Shown piece after piece: positions 1 to 10,230 of a stretch of DNA of 64,000 nt; within the stretch, counting starts at the first letter, position 1; the number at the start of each line of letters is the position of its first letter. The position numbers and the translations under genes are program-made. A model generated the notes under the pieces. That model did not search any database. It worked only from the letters and a program-made list of their open reading frames with translations, and was not told the origin of the DNA. The DNA is from a candidate division TA06 bacterium (GTDB lineage Bacteria > Hydrothermota > DG-26 > E44-bin18): the NCBI GenBank assembly GCA_004376575.1, contig SOJN01000094.1, positions 9,873 through 73,872 of the forward strand, read 5' to 3'.

Positions 1-1987
1 TCGACCAGAGCTGTTTGTGCGGGAATACGGAGGAGAAGGTCGCCATGACCATTTTGAAGTCCTCCGGGGTGAGGTTGTAGCCGTGGATGAATTGACACAT
101 GATGCCGCCCGGCTTCAACCGCCTGGTGCATATTTCGTAGAACTCCTTTGTGAAGAGGTTTGATATGCCAGCCATCCAGGGATTGGAAGGTTCAGACGTG
201 ATCACGTCGTAGTTTTCGTCCGTAGATAGAAGGTAATTTCTACCGTCAGCCAGTATTATTTGAATATTCGGGTTTTTCAAAACATTTCTGTTTACTTCAG
301 AGAAATATTCACTCGCGGAGACTACTGCGGGTTCAATCTCCAGGCATTCTGAATACCGGACACCAAAAGAGGCTGTTGCAGCCAGACTGATGCCCGAACC
401 TAAACCCAGGACCATGACCGTCTCCGGTTCACTGTGGAGAAAGAGAGGCACGTAGCCTATTAGAAGCTGAGTAGCAAGATCTCTTTTCGCACTCGCATCA
501 GTCTTCCCGTCTATGGACAGGCTGATGTCGCTCTGATCCTTGAGTACAGCCACTGTTGAGTTCAGTCCATATCTGTGGTAGATGAGTTCGGGCACAGAGG
601 CTATGTCTTCCAGGCTTCCCATCTTTGTCAGTTTCTCTAGCCACACGGCATTCGGTGCCACTCCAATGGTCATGACGTTCTGGTTCCACTGTTTTGGTGC
701 TACAAAGACCAGAGCTATGAGTGCGGCAGCAGAGGCTGAGAAGATGCATTTGGCCACCTTGCCCTTTTTGCTCAATAGAAAGACCGACCCTGCCACGAGA
801 ACATTGACCGCTATGGCCAGCTTCAGCGTATCCTGCAACCCGAGGATGGGGATGAGGGCAAAGCTGGCTCCTGCAGAACCGACTATACACCCTGCTGTGT
901 TGGCAGCATATACCTTGCCAATACTGGTCCCGATCAGCCGCCGGTCTTTGGTCAGTATGTGGCTGATCATGGGTAGGGTCGTTCCAAAAAGAGTTGTGGG
1001 AATGAGCATAACCAGAAAACAGATGAGGATCTCTCCAAAGAAGAGATGCCCCGCAGTGGGGCCAAGTGCTTTGTACATGTTCAGGAAAAGGACCGGGAGA
1101 CGATCGAAAAGGAGAACTACCAGAAAGCAAGAGACACCAATAGCGAGCTCCACGGATGAAAACAGGGTGATGCTTGGAGTTCTCCTTCGGAATATCAATG
1201 CGAAGATAAGGCTGCCCAATCCTATGCCAAATATGAAAGATAAGAGCATTGTGTTGAAGGCATATATTGAGCTTCCTATGACGAGGGTCAGTGACCTCGA
1301 CCACGAGACCTCATAGATCATAGATGCGAGCCCGGAAAGACCGATTGCAGAGGCCAGAACCAGAGCAGACGCATACCCTGGCCCCGCTGGCCTACTCCTG
1401 GCCACCTCTGGCCTGCCAGGGACAGGTGTGCGGACAGCGAAGCTGATCAGACCAACTACCACCGCGACAAAGAAGTTGATTGCGACGGCCAGAAGCATAG
1501 TGTTCCTCAGACCTATCTTTGGAAGAATCAGAAGCCCTGCAAGGGCGACTCCCAGGACTGCTCCGAAAGTGTTCAGGCTGTAAAGCGCCCCCACTTTGCC
1601 GGCTACGTCCTTGTTTCTTCTTATGAGTGCTCTGCTGATGACCGGGAGTGTGCCGCCCATCAGGGCCGTGGGTATCATGAGAACGATAAATGAGAGACCA
1701 AAGGTTAGAAGCGCCTGCCCCATAAAAGAAGATGTCGCTCCGCCATAACCTATGGCTGCTCGGCGTGCCAGGTTGAGAAGTGGTGGCACAAGGAAAGCGG
1801 TCAGACCTATGCCAGCTTCGAGTAATGCGTATCCAAGGAGTGGTCTTCTCCAGGTGTCTGCTGCTCGGCCAAAGAAGAAGTTTCCCAGTGCGAGGCCGGC
1901 CATAAATGAGGAAAGGACTGCTCCAACGGCAAACACCATGCTCCCGAAGGAGAGTGTGAGCAGCCTCATCCAGACTATTTCATACAT
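1..1987 (-). CDS. Polytopic membrane protein fused to a spermidine-synthase-like (aminopropyltransferase / class I MTase fold) domain; C-terminus runs off the window
   Basis: Own translation of the minus frame that is absent from the ORF track (no stop inside the window): ...FFLSGTAGLMYEIVWMRLLTLSFGS..., many hydrophobic segments, then VMVLGLGSGISLAATASF...ILADGRNYL...YDVITSEPSNPWMAGISNLFTKEFY...LKPGGIM. First ATG is at 1987, with an in-frame TGA just upstream. Track ORFs 498..1304(-) and 582..1316(+) are the wrong frames. Confidence 0.8.
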   Translation of the reverse strand, partial: MYEIVWMRLLTLSFGSMVFAVGAVLSSFMAGLALGNFFFGRAADTWRRPLLGYALLEAGIGLTAFLVPPLLNLARRAAIGYGGATSSFMGQALLTFGLSFIVLMIPTALMGGTLPVISRALIRRNKDVAGKVGALYSLNTFGAVLGVALAGLLILPKIGLRNTMLLAVAINFFVAVVVGLISFAVRTPVPGRPEVARSRPAGPGYASALVLASAIGLSGLASMIYEVSWSRSLTLVIGSSIYAFNTMLLSFIFGIGLGSLIFALIFRRRTPSITLFSSVELAIGVSCFLVVLLFDRLPVLFLNMYKALGPTAGHLFFGEILICFLVMLIPTTLFGTTLPMISHILTKDRRLIGTSIGKVYAANTAGCIVGSAGASFALIPILGLQDTLKLAIAVNVLVAGSVFLLSKKGKVAKCIFSASAAALIALVFVAPKQWNQNVMTIGVAPNAVWLEKLTKMGSLEDIASVPELIYHRYGLNSTVAVLKDQSDISLSIDGKTDASAKRDLATQLLIGYVPLFLHSEPETVMVLGLGSGISLAATASFGVRYSECLEIEPAVVSASEYFSEVNRNVLKNPNIQIILADGRNYLLSTDENYDVITSEPSNPWMAGISNLFTKEFYEICTRRLKPGGIMCQFIHGYNLTPEDFKMVMATFSSVFPHKQLWS

Positions 1988-2200
1988 CAGCCCTGCAGTC
2001 CCGGATAGAAAGAAGGAGAGATAGATTAGGGGCAGGAACGGGTTCCGGACTGGCGCATCAGGTGCGTGTGCCTTTTCTCCCTTGTGGGGTTTCTTTCTTG
2101 ACACCTGTTAATGTTACAACACAGAATCGTCCGGGGCAAGCCATTTCTGGAGTGTGCGTTTGTCAGGCCTTGAATAGCGTGCGTGATCTAGACAGGCACC

Positions 2201-3373
2201 TCAGGCCACACTAAGCAAAGCACACTTGAGATATTCCGTCTCCTTGATAGAAAGGAGAACCGGGTGGTCTCTGGATTGAGTTCGCATTTCCAGAATTCTG
2301 AACGTCCGGCCAGCGACAGAAGCTGCTCTTCTGAGCATGTCAAGGAAGGCTTCCTCTGTCACCTGATACGAACATGAACAGCTAATCAGGATTCCGTTGG
2401 GATTGAGAATCTTCATGGCACTAAGGTTCACCTGTTTGTAGGCTTTAAGTCCCTCGGCCAGAGTGTTGCGAGACTTAACATAAGCCGGAGGGTCCAGTAT
2501 GATAAGGTCAAAACGTTCGCGTGTTTGTTCAAATGACTTAAGTAACTCAAAGACGTTTGCTTCCTGGAAACTGCAGCTTTCCAGGCTGTTCAATCGTGCA
2601 TTGGAACGTGCCCGTTCTACGGCGACCGGGGATGAATCAATGCCCAGAACCTCTTTTGCACCGAAAAATGCGGCGTGAAGTCCCCATCCTCCTGAGTAAC
2701 AGAAGCAGTCAAGGGTCCGGGCGGACCTGGCGAATTCTTCAAGTCTGAGGTAGTTCTCTCCCTGATCGAGGAAAAGACCGGTCTTCTGGCCATCAAGAGT
2801 GTCCACTTCAAACTTCAACTTTCCGACCTCAACCACGAGGTTAGGATTGGGTTTTCCTTTCAATATCTTTTTTTCACAAGGGAGCCCTTCCGATTCCCGG
2901 GCCCTGGAATCGTTTCTTGCGATGATGACTGCCGGCCTCAAAAGCTCATCCAGAGATTTGACTATGGTCGGGAGCATCCTATCTATTCCAAGTGTATTGG
3001 CCTGTACGACAATATGGTCGTCATACTTGTCTACCATCAGGCCAGGAACGAAGTCGCCAGCGCCATGCACCAGGCGGAACGTGTTTCTTTCTGGGAAGAT
3101 GGTCTTCCTGTAGTTGAAGGCGGCATCAAAACGCCTTTTGAAGAAACGGGCGTCTATCTCCTGAATCCGTTTGGTGAGTATCCTGACCACGATACGCGAA
3201 TGGGGATTTATGTATCCTCTGCCAAGAAAAGTCCCGTTCGCATCAAGGATATCAACTATGGAGCCTGGCTCGAACTCCTTTATGTCTGTCTCAATCTCGT
3301 TGTCAAATACCCGCAGATGGCCCTGTCTCAGTCTGCGGTCTTTTCCTCTTCTTACGACGATCTGTCGAATCAT
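2201..3373 (-). CDS. rlmI: Class I SAM-dependent 23S rRNA (cytosine-C5) methyltransferase, RlmI/YccW-like (PUA-like N-terminus + MTase)
   Basis: 390 aa. N-terminal PUA-like region (RLRQGHLRVFDNEI), then TLDCFCYSGGWGLHAA...VLGIDSS...FDLIILDPPAY typical of the RlmI family. Confidence 0.8.
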   Translation of the reverse strand: MIRQIVVRRGKDRRLRQGHLRVFDNEIETDIKEFEPGSIVDILDANGTFLGRGYINPHSRIVVRILTKRIQEIDARFFKRRFDAAFNYRKTIFPERNTFRLVHGAGDFVPGLMVDKYDDHIVVQANTLGIDRMLPTIVKSLDELLRPAVIIARNDSRARESEGLPCEKKILKGKPNPNLVVEVGKLKFEVDTLDGQKTGLFLDQGENYLRLEEFARSARTLDCFCYSGGWGLHAAFFGAKEVLGIDSSPVAVERARSNARLNSLESCSFQEANVFELLKSFEQTRERFDLIILDPPAYVKSRNTLAEGLKAYKQVNLSAMKILNPNGILISCSCSYQVTEEAFLDMLRRAASVAGRTFRILEMRTQSRDHPVLLSIKETEYLKCALLSVA

Positions 3374-3460
3374 GCCAGCATCTTACCATCTGGAGGGTGT
3401 CTTTTCAACTGCGTGAACCATATTCCCTGGATCCCGCTGAAGGGACTTCCGTGCGCCACA

Positions 3461-4354
3461 TCAACCGAAACTGACAAGCATCGCTCCCAGAACGGCCAGG
3501 ATTACGGCTGCCACGCGCCGCAGGGTGAGCGGCTCGCGCAGGAACATGGCAGCCAGTACAACAACAAATATGTTGCTTGTCTGGTTCAGAGCAGATGATA
3601 TCGAGGCTTGAGTGTATTTCATGCCGGCAAGCCAGAGAATCATGGCCAGATAGGCTCCAGTGAAAGAGCCGCCGAGAGTGTAGTGCCAGGTGCCGGGTAG
3701 GGTAATGGAAGTGGCAATTTTCCGCCTGAGTGGATGAAAGAGGAATATGAGAGCCAGAGCGGGGACGGCACCAATCAGGCGTACCTCAGTCGCCCATAGT
3801 AGAGGAGAACGGTTGAGTACCGGTTTTATCATGACAATGCCCACGGCCATACATGCTGTTGCCAGCACACCCCACACGATTCCCAAAAGCAGGTCGTGCC
3901 TGCTCAGCTTCCCTACTGCTTCTTTTCGGGTTGTGGAAAGCACAGCAAGCACGACCATCAAGGCACCAACAATTTGCAGAATGGTGAGACGCTCTCCCAG
4001 CCAGATGACTGAAAGCCCAATGATGAAGGGACTGTACAGGCAGACAACAATCGCGGTCAAGCCCGCTCCGAGCTGGTTCAAGCTCTTGAAGAAGAGTGTA
4101 TCACCCACCGCTATGCCGATTGTGCCGCTGAGCATTAGCAACCAGTATTCGGAGGGTGGTGCCTGGTGGAACAGGGTCTGGCCGAAAAGATACATCGTAG
4201 GAAAGACGAGTACGAGTGCGAGTGAATTCTTGAAAAGGTTGAGGGCTATGGGGTGGACCTTCTCACCGCTCCTTTTGAACAGAATGACCGCAGCCGCCCA
4301 GACAATGGCAGTCAGGAGAGAGAAGCCCTCACCGACATAGGTGATATTTTCCAT
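3461..4354 (-). CDS. DMT superfamily transporter (two EamA domains)
   Basis: 297 aa with about 10 hydrophobic helices and the duplicated EamA-like architecture. Confidence 0.8.
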   Translation of the reverse strand: MENITYVGEGFSLLTAIVWAAAVILFKRSGEKVHPIALNLFKNSLALVLVFPTMYLFGQTLFHQAPPSEYWLLMLSGTIGIAVGDTLFFKSLNQLGAGLTAIVVCLYSPFIIGLSVIWLGERLTILQIVGALMVVLAVLSTTRKEAVGKLSRHDLLLGIVWGVLATACMAVGIVMIKPVLNRSPLLWATEVRLIGAVPALALIFLFHPLRRKIATSITLPGTWHYTLGGSFTGAYLAMILWLAGMKYTQASISSALNQTSNIFVVVLAAMFLREPLTLRRVAAVILAVLGAMLVSFG

Positions 4355-4397
4355 GCCCCGAAACTACCCACATCCCCAACGATAGTCAAGCCCCAAT

Positions 4398-4432
4398 AAC
4401 CGGTGCCAGGCGTGACACATTGACATCTTTGA
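4398..4432 (+). repeat. Left arm of the perfect 35-bp inverted repeat (AACCGGTGCCAGGCGTGACACATTGACATCTTTGA)
   Basis: Its reverse complement is identical to 5460..5494, checked base by base. Confidence 0.95.
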
Positions 4433-4448
4433 CGGCCAGGCATCACTG

Positions 4449-5444
4449 TCAGATGTCACTCTTTTCCTTCGGGCCAATCGCGCGGGTTTCCAGGGAGCGA
4501 ACAATTTTCTCGACACGTTTGCGCAACTGTCTGTCACTCAAGACCTTCGATTCGTACCGATATATTGCCTTTGACGTCGCAGAGGGGCTTAGACCCAGGA
4601 TTTGAGAGAGCTGTTTTGTAGACGCATTTGCCAGTTTCTTGCTAAGAAAGGCGAATAAGCCCCTCCAGTGGGTATGATTGTACCTCTTACTCTCTCTTAA
4701 AGTCCCGAACGAGAGTCCTGATTCTTGCAAGACCAGACTCAATATATCGTGGATAGTTGGTGTACGCACGTCATCCAAAAACCAACCAGGCAACTTAGTG
4801 TCGACAGTGCTGTATTTGGCGTAGATTTGCGCTATAAACTCATCGTCTCCCAGGAATAGCCCGTCCTTAACAGGGGGTTCGATCCATGCAGTGCCTTCCT
4901 CAAGACCCTCTAGTACGAATCCTCTGTACGCATCATGCTGTGCTTCTGGAGTAGTGCCGAATTGGTCCAGGACAATTGTTGAATCGAGAAATGGAATTGG
5001 CCTTGAGCCGATGAAGTGTGGATAGCTCGACCAGCGCCATTCCTCTGGCAGAGCTACCAAATTGGCCCTCACAGGGTTAAGGTGGATATATTGGCTGAGT
5101 TTGAGTGAGTAGTTCGTTTCTTGCACGAGCGTCGCCTGGTACCGGGATCCGTAGAGGTGTCCTGTCCTGTTTCTCTTCTTGTTGTACCATTTGGCGTAGG
5201 CGGAATGCAAACGATGCATGAACATGGGCAGGTTCGCCAGCAGCGTTCTCAAGAAAAGGTGGAAATGGTTTGTGAGAAGGCAATATGATATGAGCACCAC
5301 AGACATTTCCTTAGCGTATTTCGTCAGATACCAAAGGTACTTCATCCTGTCTTCATCATCCCGATAGACCGGATGCCTGTCGTTGCCGCGGTTGTATACG
5401 TGATAAAAAGCTCCTGGAAACAGGATCCTGGGTTTTCTTGCCAT
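4449..5444 (-). CDS. REP-associated tyrosine transposase-like protein (IS200-like Y1 HUH domain) with a C-terminal DnaA-C-like helix-turn-helix
   Basis: 331 aa. GAFYHVYNRGN, HUH motif NHFHLFL, YIHLNPVRANLV with the catalytic Tyr context. The C-terminal ...ASTKQLSQILGLSPSATSKAIYR resembles the DnaA domain IV HTH. Confidence 0.8.
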   Translation of the reverse strand: MARKPRILFPGAFYHVYNRGNDRHPVYRDDEDRMKYLWYLTKYAKEMSVVLISYCLLTNHFHLFLRTLLANLPMFMHRLHSAYAKWYNKKRNRTGHLYGSRYQATLVQETNYSLKLSQYIHLNPVRANLVALPEEWRWSSYPHFIGSRPIPFLDSTIVLDQFGTTPEAQHDAYRGFVLEGLEEGTAWIEPPVKDGLFLGDDEFIAQIYAKYSTVDTKLPGWFLDDVRTPTIHDILSLVLQESGLSFGTLRESKRYNHTHWRGLFAFLSKKLANASTKQLSQILGLSPSATSKAIYRYESKVLSDRQLRKRVEKIVRSLETRAIGPKEKSDI

Positions 5445-5459
5445 TCTTGATTACCTCCT

Positions 5460-5494
5460 TCAAAGATGTCAATGTGTCACGCCTGGCACCGGTT
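5460..5494 (-). repeat. Right arm of the perfect 35-bp inverted repeat
   Basis: TCAAAGATGTCAATGTGTCACGCCTGGCACCGGTT is the exact reverse complement of 4398..4432. Confidence 0.95.
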
Positions 5495-5506
5495 CATCCT
5501 GCCCGC

Positions 5507-7048
5507 TCAGAGGGGGATGGGGTAGTGGCGGTCGAGGGAGCGGTACTGGATTGCTTCTGAGATGTGGGGGGAGGTTATTCCCTCTGTTCCTTCGAGGTCG
5601 GCAATGGTTCTGGCTACTTTCAAGATTCGGTCGTAGGCTCTTGCTGAAAGCCCAAACTTGGTTATTGCCGCGCGGAGTAGTTCATGTGATGCTGAGTCTA
5701 TCTCGCAGTATTTTCTCACGTCCTTTGGTCCCAGGTGTGCGTTGCAGTAAGTCCTCTTTCTCTCTTTGTACCTTTCAAGTTGAATGTTTCTCGCTTCGTC
5801 CACTCTGGCCTGAAGGTCAGAGGACTTCTCACCAGAGAGCTTGGAGGAAAGTTCCTTATACCTGAGAGCTGGAACTTCAATGTGTATGTCTATTCTGTCA
5901 AGGAGGGGACCCGATATCTTTGACATGTATTTTGCTATCTGGCCTGGATGACACGTGCACTCCTTGGTGGGGTCGGTATAGTATCCACAGGGGCAGGGGT
6001 TCATGGCGGCAGCCAGCATAAACCTTGCAGGATAGGTGAGCGACATGGCGGCCCGCGCTATGGTCACACTGCCGTCCTCCAACGGCTGCCTCAAAACCTC
6101 AAGAACGTTCTTATTGAACTCGGGAAGTTCATCCAGGAATAGCACTCCATTGTGCGCCAGACTCACCTCCCCGGGCCTGGGATGCGTCCCTCCACCTATA
6201 AGCCCTGCATCAGATATCGTATGGTGCGGCGATCGGAAAGGTCTCCTTGCCACCAATGCACCGTCAGCGCTCAAAAGGCCTGCCACACTGTGGATTTTGG
6301 TCGTTTCGAGTGCTTCTTCAAGGGTCATCCTGGGGAGGACTGTCGGGAGCCTTTTTGCCAGCATGGTCTTGCCAGAGCCAGGAGGACCTACCATTATGAT
6401 GTTGTGTCCGCCGGCAGCGGCCACCTCCAGCGCTCTTTTGGCATGCTCCTGGCCCTTCACCTCGCTGAAGTCGACAACGTACTGTGAGCTTCTCTCGAAG
6501 AGTTCCCCGGCATCCACACAGAACGGCTGGATGTCCAGATCACCACCAAGGAGCGCCACGGCCTCCTTCAAGTTAGCAATGGGCAAAACATCTATTCCTT
6601 CCACTATTCCAGCCTCATTCGCGTTCTCCACAGGTAGGATTATCTTCTTGAAGCCTGCTTCCCTGGATCCCACAGTTATGGAGAGTGCTCCTCTTATCGG
6701 TCTGAGCGATCCATCAAGCGAAAGTTCTCCAAGTATGACCGTTCTTGAAAGAAAGGAGACAGAGGCCTGGGCAGTCGCGCCAAGTATGCCCACGGCGATT
6801 GGCAGGTCGAATGCCGCCCCTTCCTTTTTTATGTCAGCTGGTGCAAGATTTATCGTTATTCTCTTGAGGGGATATGAATACCCGGAATTCCTTATTGCTG
6901 AAGCAACCCTCTCTTTTGATTCTTTGACAGCACCTTCTGGCAGACCGACAGTGGCATAGGCAGGAAGGCCCGATGATACATCGGCCTCGACTTCAACGAC
7001 ATATGCGTCTATGCCCAGCACAGCGCCTGAGTTAACCTTGGACAGCAT
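5507..7048 (-). CDS. comM: YifB/ComM family Mg-chelatase-like AAA+ ATPase
   Basis: 513 aa. N-terminal Lon-protease-like domain, Walker [20 protein letters not shown]-terminal ChlI-like region. Confidence 0.9.
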   Translation of the reverse strand: MLSKVNSGAVLGIDAYVVEVEADVSSGLPAYATVGLPEGAVKESKERVASAIRNSGYSYPLKRITINLAPADIKKEGAAFDLPIAVGILGATAQASVSFLSRTVILGELSLDGSLRPIRGALSITVGSREAGFKKIILPVENANEAGIVEGIDVLPIANLKEAVALLGGDLDIQPFCVDAGELFERSSQYVVDFSEVKGQEHAKRALEVAAAGGHNIIMVGPPGSGKTMLAKRLPTVLPRMTLEEALETTKIHSVAGLLSADGALVARRPFRSPHHTISDAGLIGGGTHPRPGEVSLAHNGVLFLDELPEFNKNVLEVLRQPLEDGSVTIARAAMSLTYPARFMLAAAMNPCPCGYYTDPTKECTCHPGQIAKYMSKISGPLLDRIDIHIEVPALRYKELSSKLSGEKSSDLQARVDEARNIQLERYKERKRTYCNAHLGPKDVRKYCEIDSASHELLRAAITKFGLSARAYDRILKVARTIADLEGTEGITSPHISEAIQYRSLDRHYPIPL

Positions 7049-7148
7049 GCAACCCTCCTTATGTCACAGATGAAAGCTCAATCAATGACACGAGCAGAAG
7101 TATCGTTCTATGGAACTGATGAGGGACTCAGGATGAGTTGCAGCCTGT

Positions 7149-8333
7149 CTACTGGACTATTTTGCCCAGGACTGTTCTCCTGGCTGCGCCTGTAACCTGG
7201 GGCAGGCTTGAAGGCTCCCCAGCAATTGCCTGGTTTGCCAGTACTGCAAAAAGGAGAGCCTCCTTTGCATGGGGATGTACTCCCAGTTTGTCAGTAGTGT
7301 GGACCTCCATGGGTGAAAATGCGTCTTTGATTTGCTGCATCATAGTCCTGTTCTCTACTCCGCCGCCGCTCACATAGAGTTCGTCGACCTCACAGGTCTT
7401 TGCCACGAACTCCAGATAAGCTCTATGCACAGAAGTTGTCGTCAGGGTAACCGCTGTTGCCATGATATCTTGTTTAGATAGACCTTTCTCCTTTGCCACA
7501 CGAATCAGTTTCTCTGAGAAGTGGTTGCCGAAGATCTTTCTTCCAGCAGACTTTGGAGGAGGAAGCTCAAAGAAATCGAACTGGAGCAATTCTTCAACGA
7601 GCTCTTGTGAGGGCGTACCCTTGGCGGAAAAAGTTCCGTTCTTGTCACATTCGGCCTTGAAAAGATTCCTCGCCAGGAAATCCAGAACCATGTTTCCAGG
7701 GCCGGTATCAAATCCGATTACATGTTCGGACCGACAGCCTGCTGGCAGAGCGGTAAGATTGGCTATTCCACCTATGTTCAGGAGTCCGCGTGATACTCTC
7801 GTATCTCTGAATAGTATGTAGTCGACACAGGGGGCAAGAGGAGCGCCCTCTCCGCCGCCGGCAATGTCAGCAGAACGAAAATCACAGACGACAACTGCTC
7901 GGGTTCTCTCTGCGATAATCTCTGCCTCACCTAACTGCAGGGTGCAGACGGGACATTCTTTTTCGTCCTTAGCAGAGTGGGGAATGTGGCACACTGTTTG
8001 CCCATGCGAACCGACGACGTCCACGTCATCCAGCTCGAAATCTGAAGACTTCAGCAAGGAGAGGCACGCCTCAGCGAAAATTTCCCCAAGCTGGTAGTTA
8101 AGGCAGCATATCTCTTCTACCGTTCCTTTTCCGTCCGAGACAGAGAGTACAGCCTCTCTGATGTGGTCTGGATACGGGTAAGTATCATGGAGGAGTATCT
8201 GCGCTTTGAGCTCAGTGCCTGAGCCTTCTATCCTGACGAGGGCTGAATCCACTCCGTCAGCAGAGGTTCCGGAGGAGAGCCCCACGATAAGCCTCTTCTT
8301 CTTAGAGGCTATTTCAGACAGTTTACTTGCCAT
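7149..8333 (-). CDS. anmK: Anhydro-N-acetylmuramic acid kinase
   Basis: 394 aa. GLSSGTSADGVD N-terminus and overall AnmK-like sequence. Overlaps murQ by 11 nt. Confidence 0.9.
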   Translation of the reverse strand: MASKLSEIASKKKRLIVGLSSGTSADGVDSALVRIEGSGTELKAQILLHDTYPYPDHIREAVLSVSDGKGTVEEICCLNYQLGEIFAEACLSLLKSSDFELDDVDVVGSHGQTVCHIPHSAKDEKECPVCTLQLGEAEIIAERTRAVVVCDFRSADIAGGGEGAPLAPCVDYILFRDTRVSRGLLNIGGIANLTALPAGCRSEHVIGFDTGPGNMVLDFLARNLFKAECDKNGTFSAKGTPSQELVEELLQFDFFELPPPKSAGRKIFGNHFSEKLIRVAKEKGLSKQDIMATAVTLTTTSVHRAYLEFVAKTCEVDELYVSGGGVENRTMMQQIKDAFSPMEVHTTDKLGVHPHAKEALLFAVLANQAIAGEPSSLPQVTGAARRTVLGKIVQ

Positions 8334-9249
8334 GAATCGCTTTTTTCACGTTGCCGCCGGCTTTTTTCAGCTTGTCTGAGGCAGAGGAGAAGTCCTCGCC
8401 AGTCTTGATCATGACTATTGCCGCCTTTAGATTGCCCTTTGCTTTGTCCAGATACTGACTCGCCTCCTGGTAGGAGGCGTCCGTAAGAACGGTCAGTATT
8501 CTTTTTGACCTCTCTTCCAGTTTCTGGCTCTTCACCTGGAGATCAACCATAAGATTTTCATAGACTTTTCCCATTCTCACCATGGTGGTGGTGCTTATCA
8601 TGTTAAGAATCATCTTTTGAGCTGTGGCCGCTTTCATCCTGGTAGAGCCCGTCACCACCTCTGGACCAGGAGTGGGACAGATGGACACATCGACTGGTAT
8701 GTTCATCTGGGCTCTGGGATTGCAAGAGACGTAGATAGTCTTTGCGCCTATCTTCCTGGCGTGGTCAATAGCTCCAACCACATAGGGTGTTCTTCTGCTT
8801 GCAGCTATCCCAACCACGACGTCCTTGTCGGTCAGTCCTCTTTTGGCCAGCTCAATGCCTGCGGCCTCAGAGTCGTCTTCAGCCCCCTCCATAGACTTGA
8901 TGAGTGCTTCGGGTCCTCCGGCTATGATTCCCTGCACCATCTCAGGGGGTGAAGAAAAGGTTGGTGGGCATTCTGCTGCGTCAAGGACACCAAGCCTCCC
9001 ACTCGTCCCCGCGCCTGCGTAGAACACCCTCCCCCCATGGGACAAGCTCTCAACGACTATTTGGACGGCCTTTTCTATGTAGGGGAGTTCCTTTTGAACA
9101 GAACTGGCAACCTTCTTATCCTCGCTGTTCATCAGCTCGAGTATCTCTCTCACAGACATCTCATCTATGTGCATGCTGTCAGGATTCCTCTCCTCAGTCA
9201 GGAGCTGCGAGAGCTCATCATAGAGCTTTTTTTGACTCTTCTTTTCCAT
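8323..9249 (-). CDS. murQ: N-acetylmuramic acid 6-phosphate etherase (SIS domain)
   Basis: 308 aa. GAGTSGRLGVLDAAECPPTF and TGSTRMKAATAQKMILNM motifs of MurQ. Confidence 0.9.
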   Translation of the reverse strand: MEKKSQKKLYDELSQLLTEERNPDSMHIDEMSVREILELMNSEDKKVASSVQKELPYIEKAVQIVVESLSHGGRVFYAGAGTSGRLGVLDAAECPPTFSSPPEMVQGIIAGGPEALIKSMEGAEDDSEAAGIELAKRGLTDKDVVVGIAASRRTPYVVGAIDHARKIGAKTIYVSCNPRAQMNIPVDVSICPTPGPEVVTGSTRMKAATAQKMILNMISTTTMVRMGKVYENLMVDLQVKSQKLEERSKRILTVLTDASYQEASQYLDKAKGNLKAAIVMIKTGEDFSSASDKLKKAGGNVKKAIHGK

Positions 9250-9255
9250 GTTGTG

Positions 9256-9627
9256 TTATGGTCTGAATGCGTCCACGATGTGGTTTACAATCCTTGGGCT
9301 CTTCTCGGTTATGGCCACGACGTCGAAGCGGCAGTCCACCCTTCCGTTCAGGTGTTTCTCAGTCAGATAGTCCAAGGCAATCTCAGCCATCTTCTTGCGC
9401 TTCCTTGAGTCTACAGCCTCCTCGGGACGGCCGAATGACATGCTCTTCCTTGTTTTCACCTCTACGAATATTACGGAACCTCTCTGCTCACATATTATGT
9501 CTATTTCTCCCCTGCGTGTCCTGTAATTTTTCTCGATGACCCGATAGCCTTTTTTCCTTAGATACTCTACGGCAATTCTTTCGCCCTCTTTTCCCAGATT
9601 CTTATTCTGCGCAGGGCGAAATATCAT
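9256..9627 (-). CDS. yraN: YraN family (UPF0102) endonuclease-like protein
   Basis: 123 aa. GEIDIICEQRGSVIFVEVKTR core. Confidence 0.85.
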   Translation of the reverse strand: MIFRPAQNKNLGKEGERIAVEYLRKKGYRVIEKNYRTRRGEIDIICEQRGSVIFVEVKTRKSMSFGRPEEAVDSRKRKKMAEIALDYLTEKHLNGRVDCRFDVVAITEKSPRIVNHIVDAFRP

Positions 9628-10229
9628 TGGGGTCTTATCAGATCTCTGACGGGGCGAAATGTCTTCCTGTGTATTTTGCAGGGACCGTGGGACAGCAGTG
9701 CTTCTACATGCTGGGGGGTTGCATATCCCTTGTTCCTTGCAAAACCGTATTGGGGATATGCCGCGTCATAGAGCTCCATCATCCTGTCCCTGTAAACCTT
9801 CGCAAGAATGGAAGCTGCGGCTATGGAGAGGGAGATGTCGTCGCCGCCGATGATGGCAGATTGAGGTAGGTCGAGACCTGGAATGGGATACCCGTCGACC
9901 AGAACATGGTCCGGGGGCATGCTCAACTTGGAGATGGCGCATCTCATGGCTGCGAAGGTTGCGGAGCGAATGTTCAAGTCATCAATGACATGGTGTTCTA
10001 TGACACCTATACCATAGCTGAGAGACTCATTTACAATGGCGGGAAACAGCTCTTCACGGCGGTTAGGGGAGAGCTTCTTCGAGTCCCTGACGCCCTCCAT
10101 GAAGGAGTCCTTTTTGAGGATGACTGCCGCCGCCACCACAGGGCCGGCCAGGGGGCCTCGCCCCGCCTCGTCGACTCCTGCGACAAACTGAATGTTCCTT
10201 GACCAGAGCTCCTTCTCGAAGGTGGTCAA
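9624..10229 (-). CDS. rnhB: Ribonuclease HII
   Basis: 201 aa. GVDEAGRGPLAGPVVAAAV...DSKKLS motif. 4-nt overlap with yraN. Confidence 0.9.
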   Translation of the reverse strand: MTTFEKELWSRNIQFVAGVDEAGRGPLAGPVVAAAVILKKDSFMEGVRDSKKLSPNRREELFPAIVNESLSYGIGVIEHHVIDDLNIRSATFAAMRCAISKLSMPPDHVLVDGYPIPGLDLPQSAIIGGDDISLSIAAASILAKVYRDRMMELYDAAYPQYGFARNKGYATPQHVEALLSHGPCKIHRKTFRPVRDLIRPQ

Positions 10230-10230
10230 C

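Larger units (their letters stand above)
4398..5494 (-). mobile_element. Single-gene cassette: Y1 (IS200/RayT-like) transposase gene bracketed by a perfect 35-bp inverted repeat (REPtron-like or IS-like unit)
   Basis: The inverted-repeat arms lie 16 nt beyond the stop and 15 nt upstream of the start of the 4449..5444 gene. See the two repeat features. Confidence 0.5.

Noticed and set aside
498-1316. Two long overlapping ORFs from the track (268 aa minus, 244 aa plus).
   Set aside because: Both have odd composition (Arg/His/Cys/Ser-rich). The third minus frame gives an uninterrupted, clearly homologous membrane/spermidine-synthase-like protein across the whole region.
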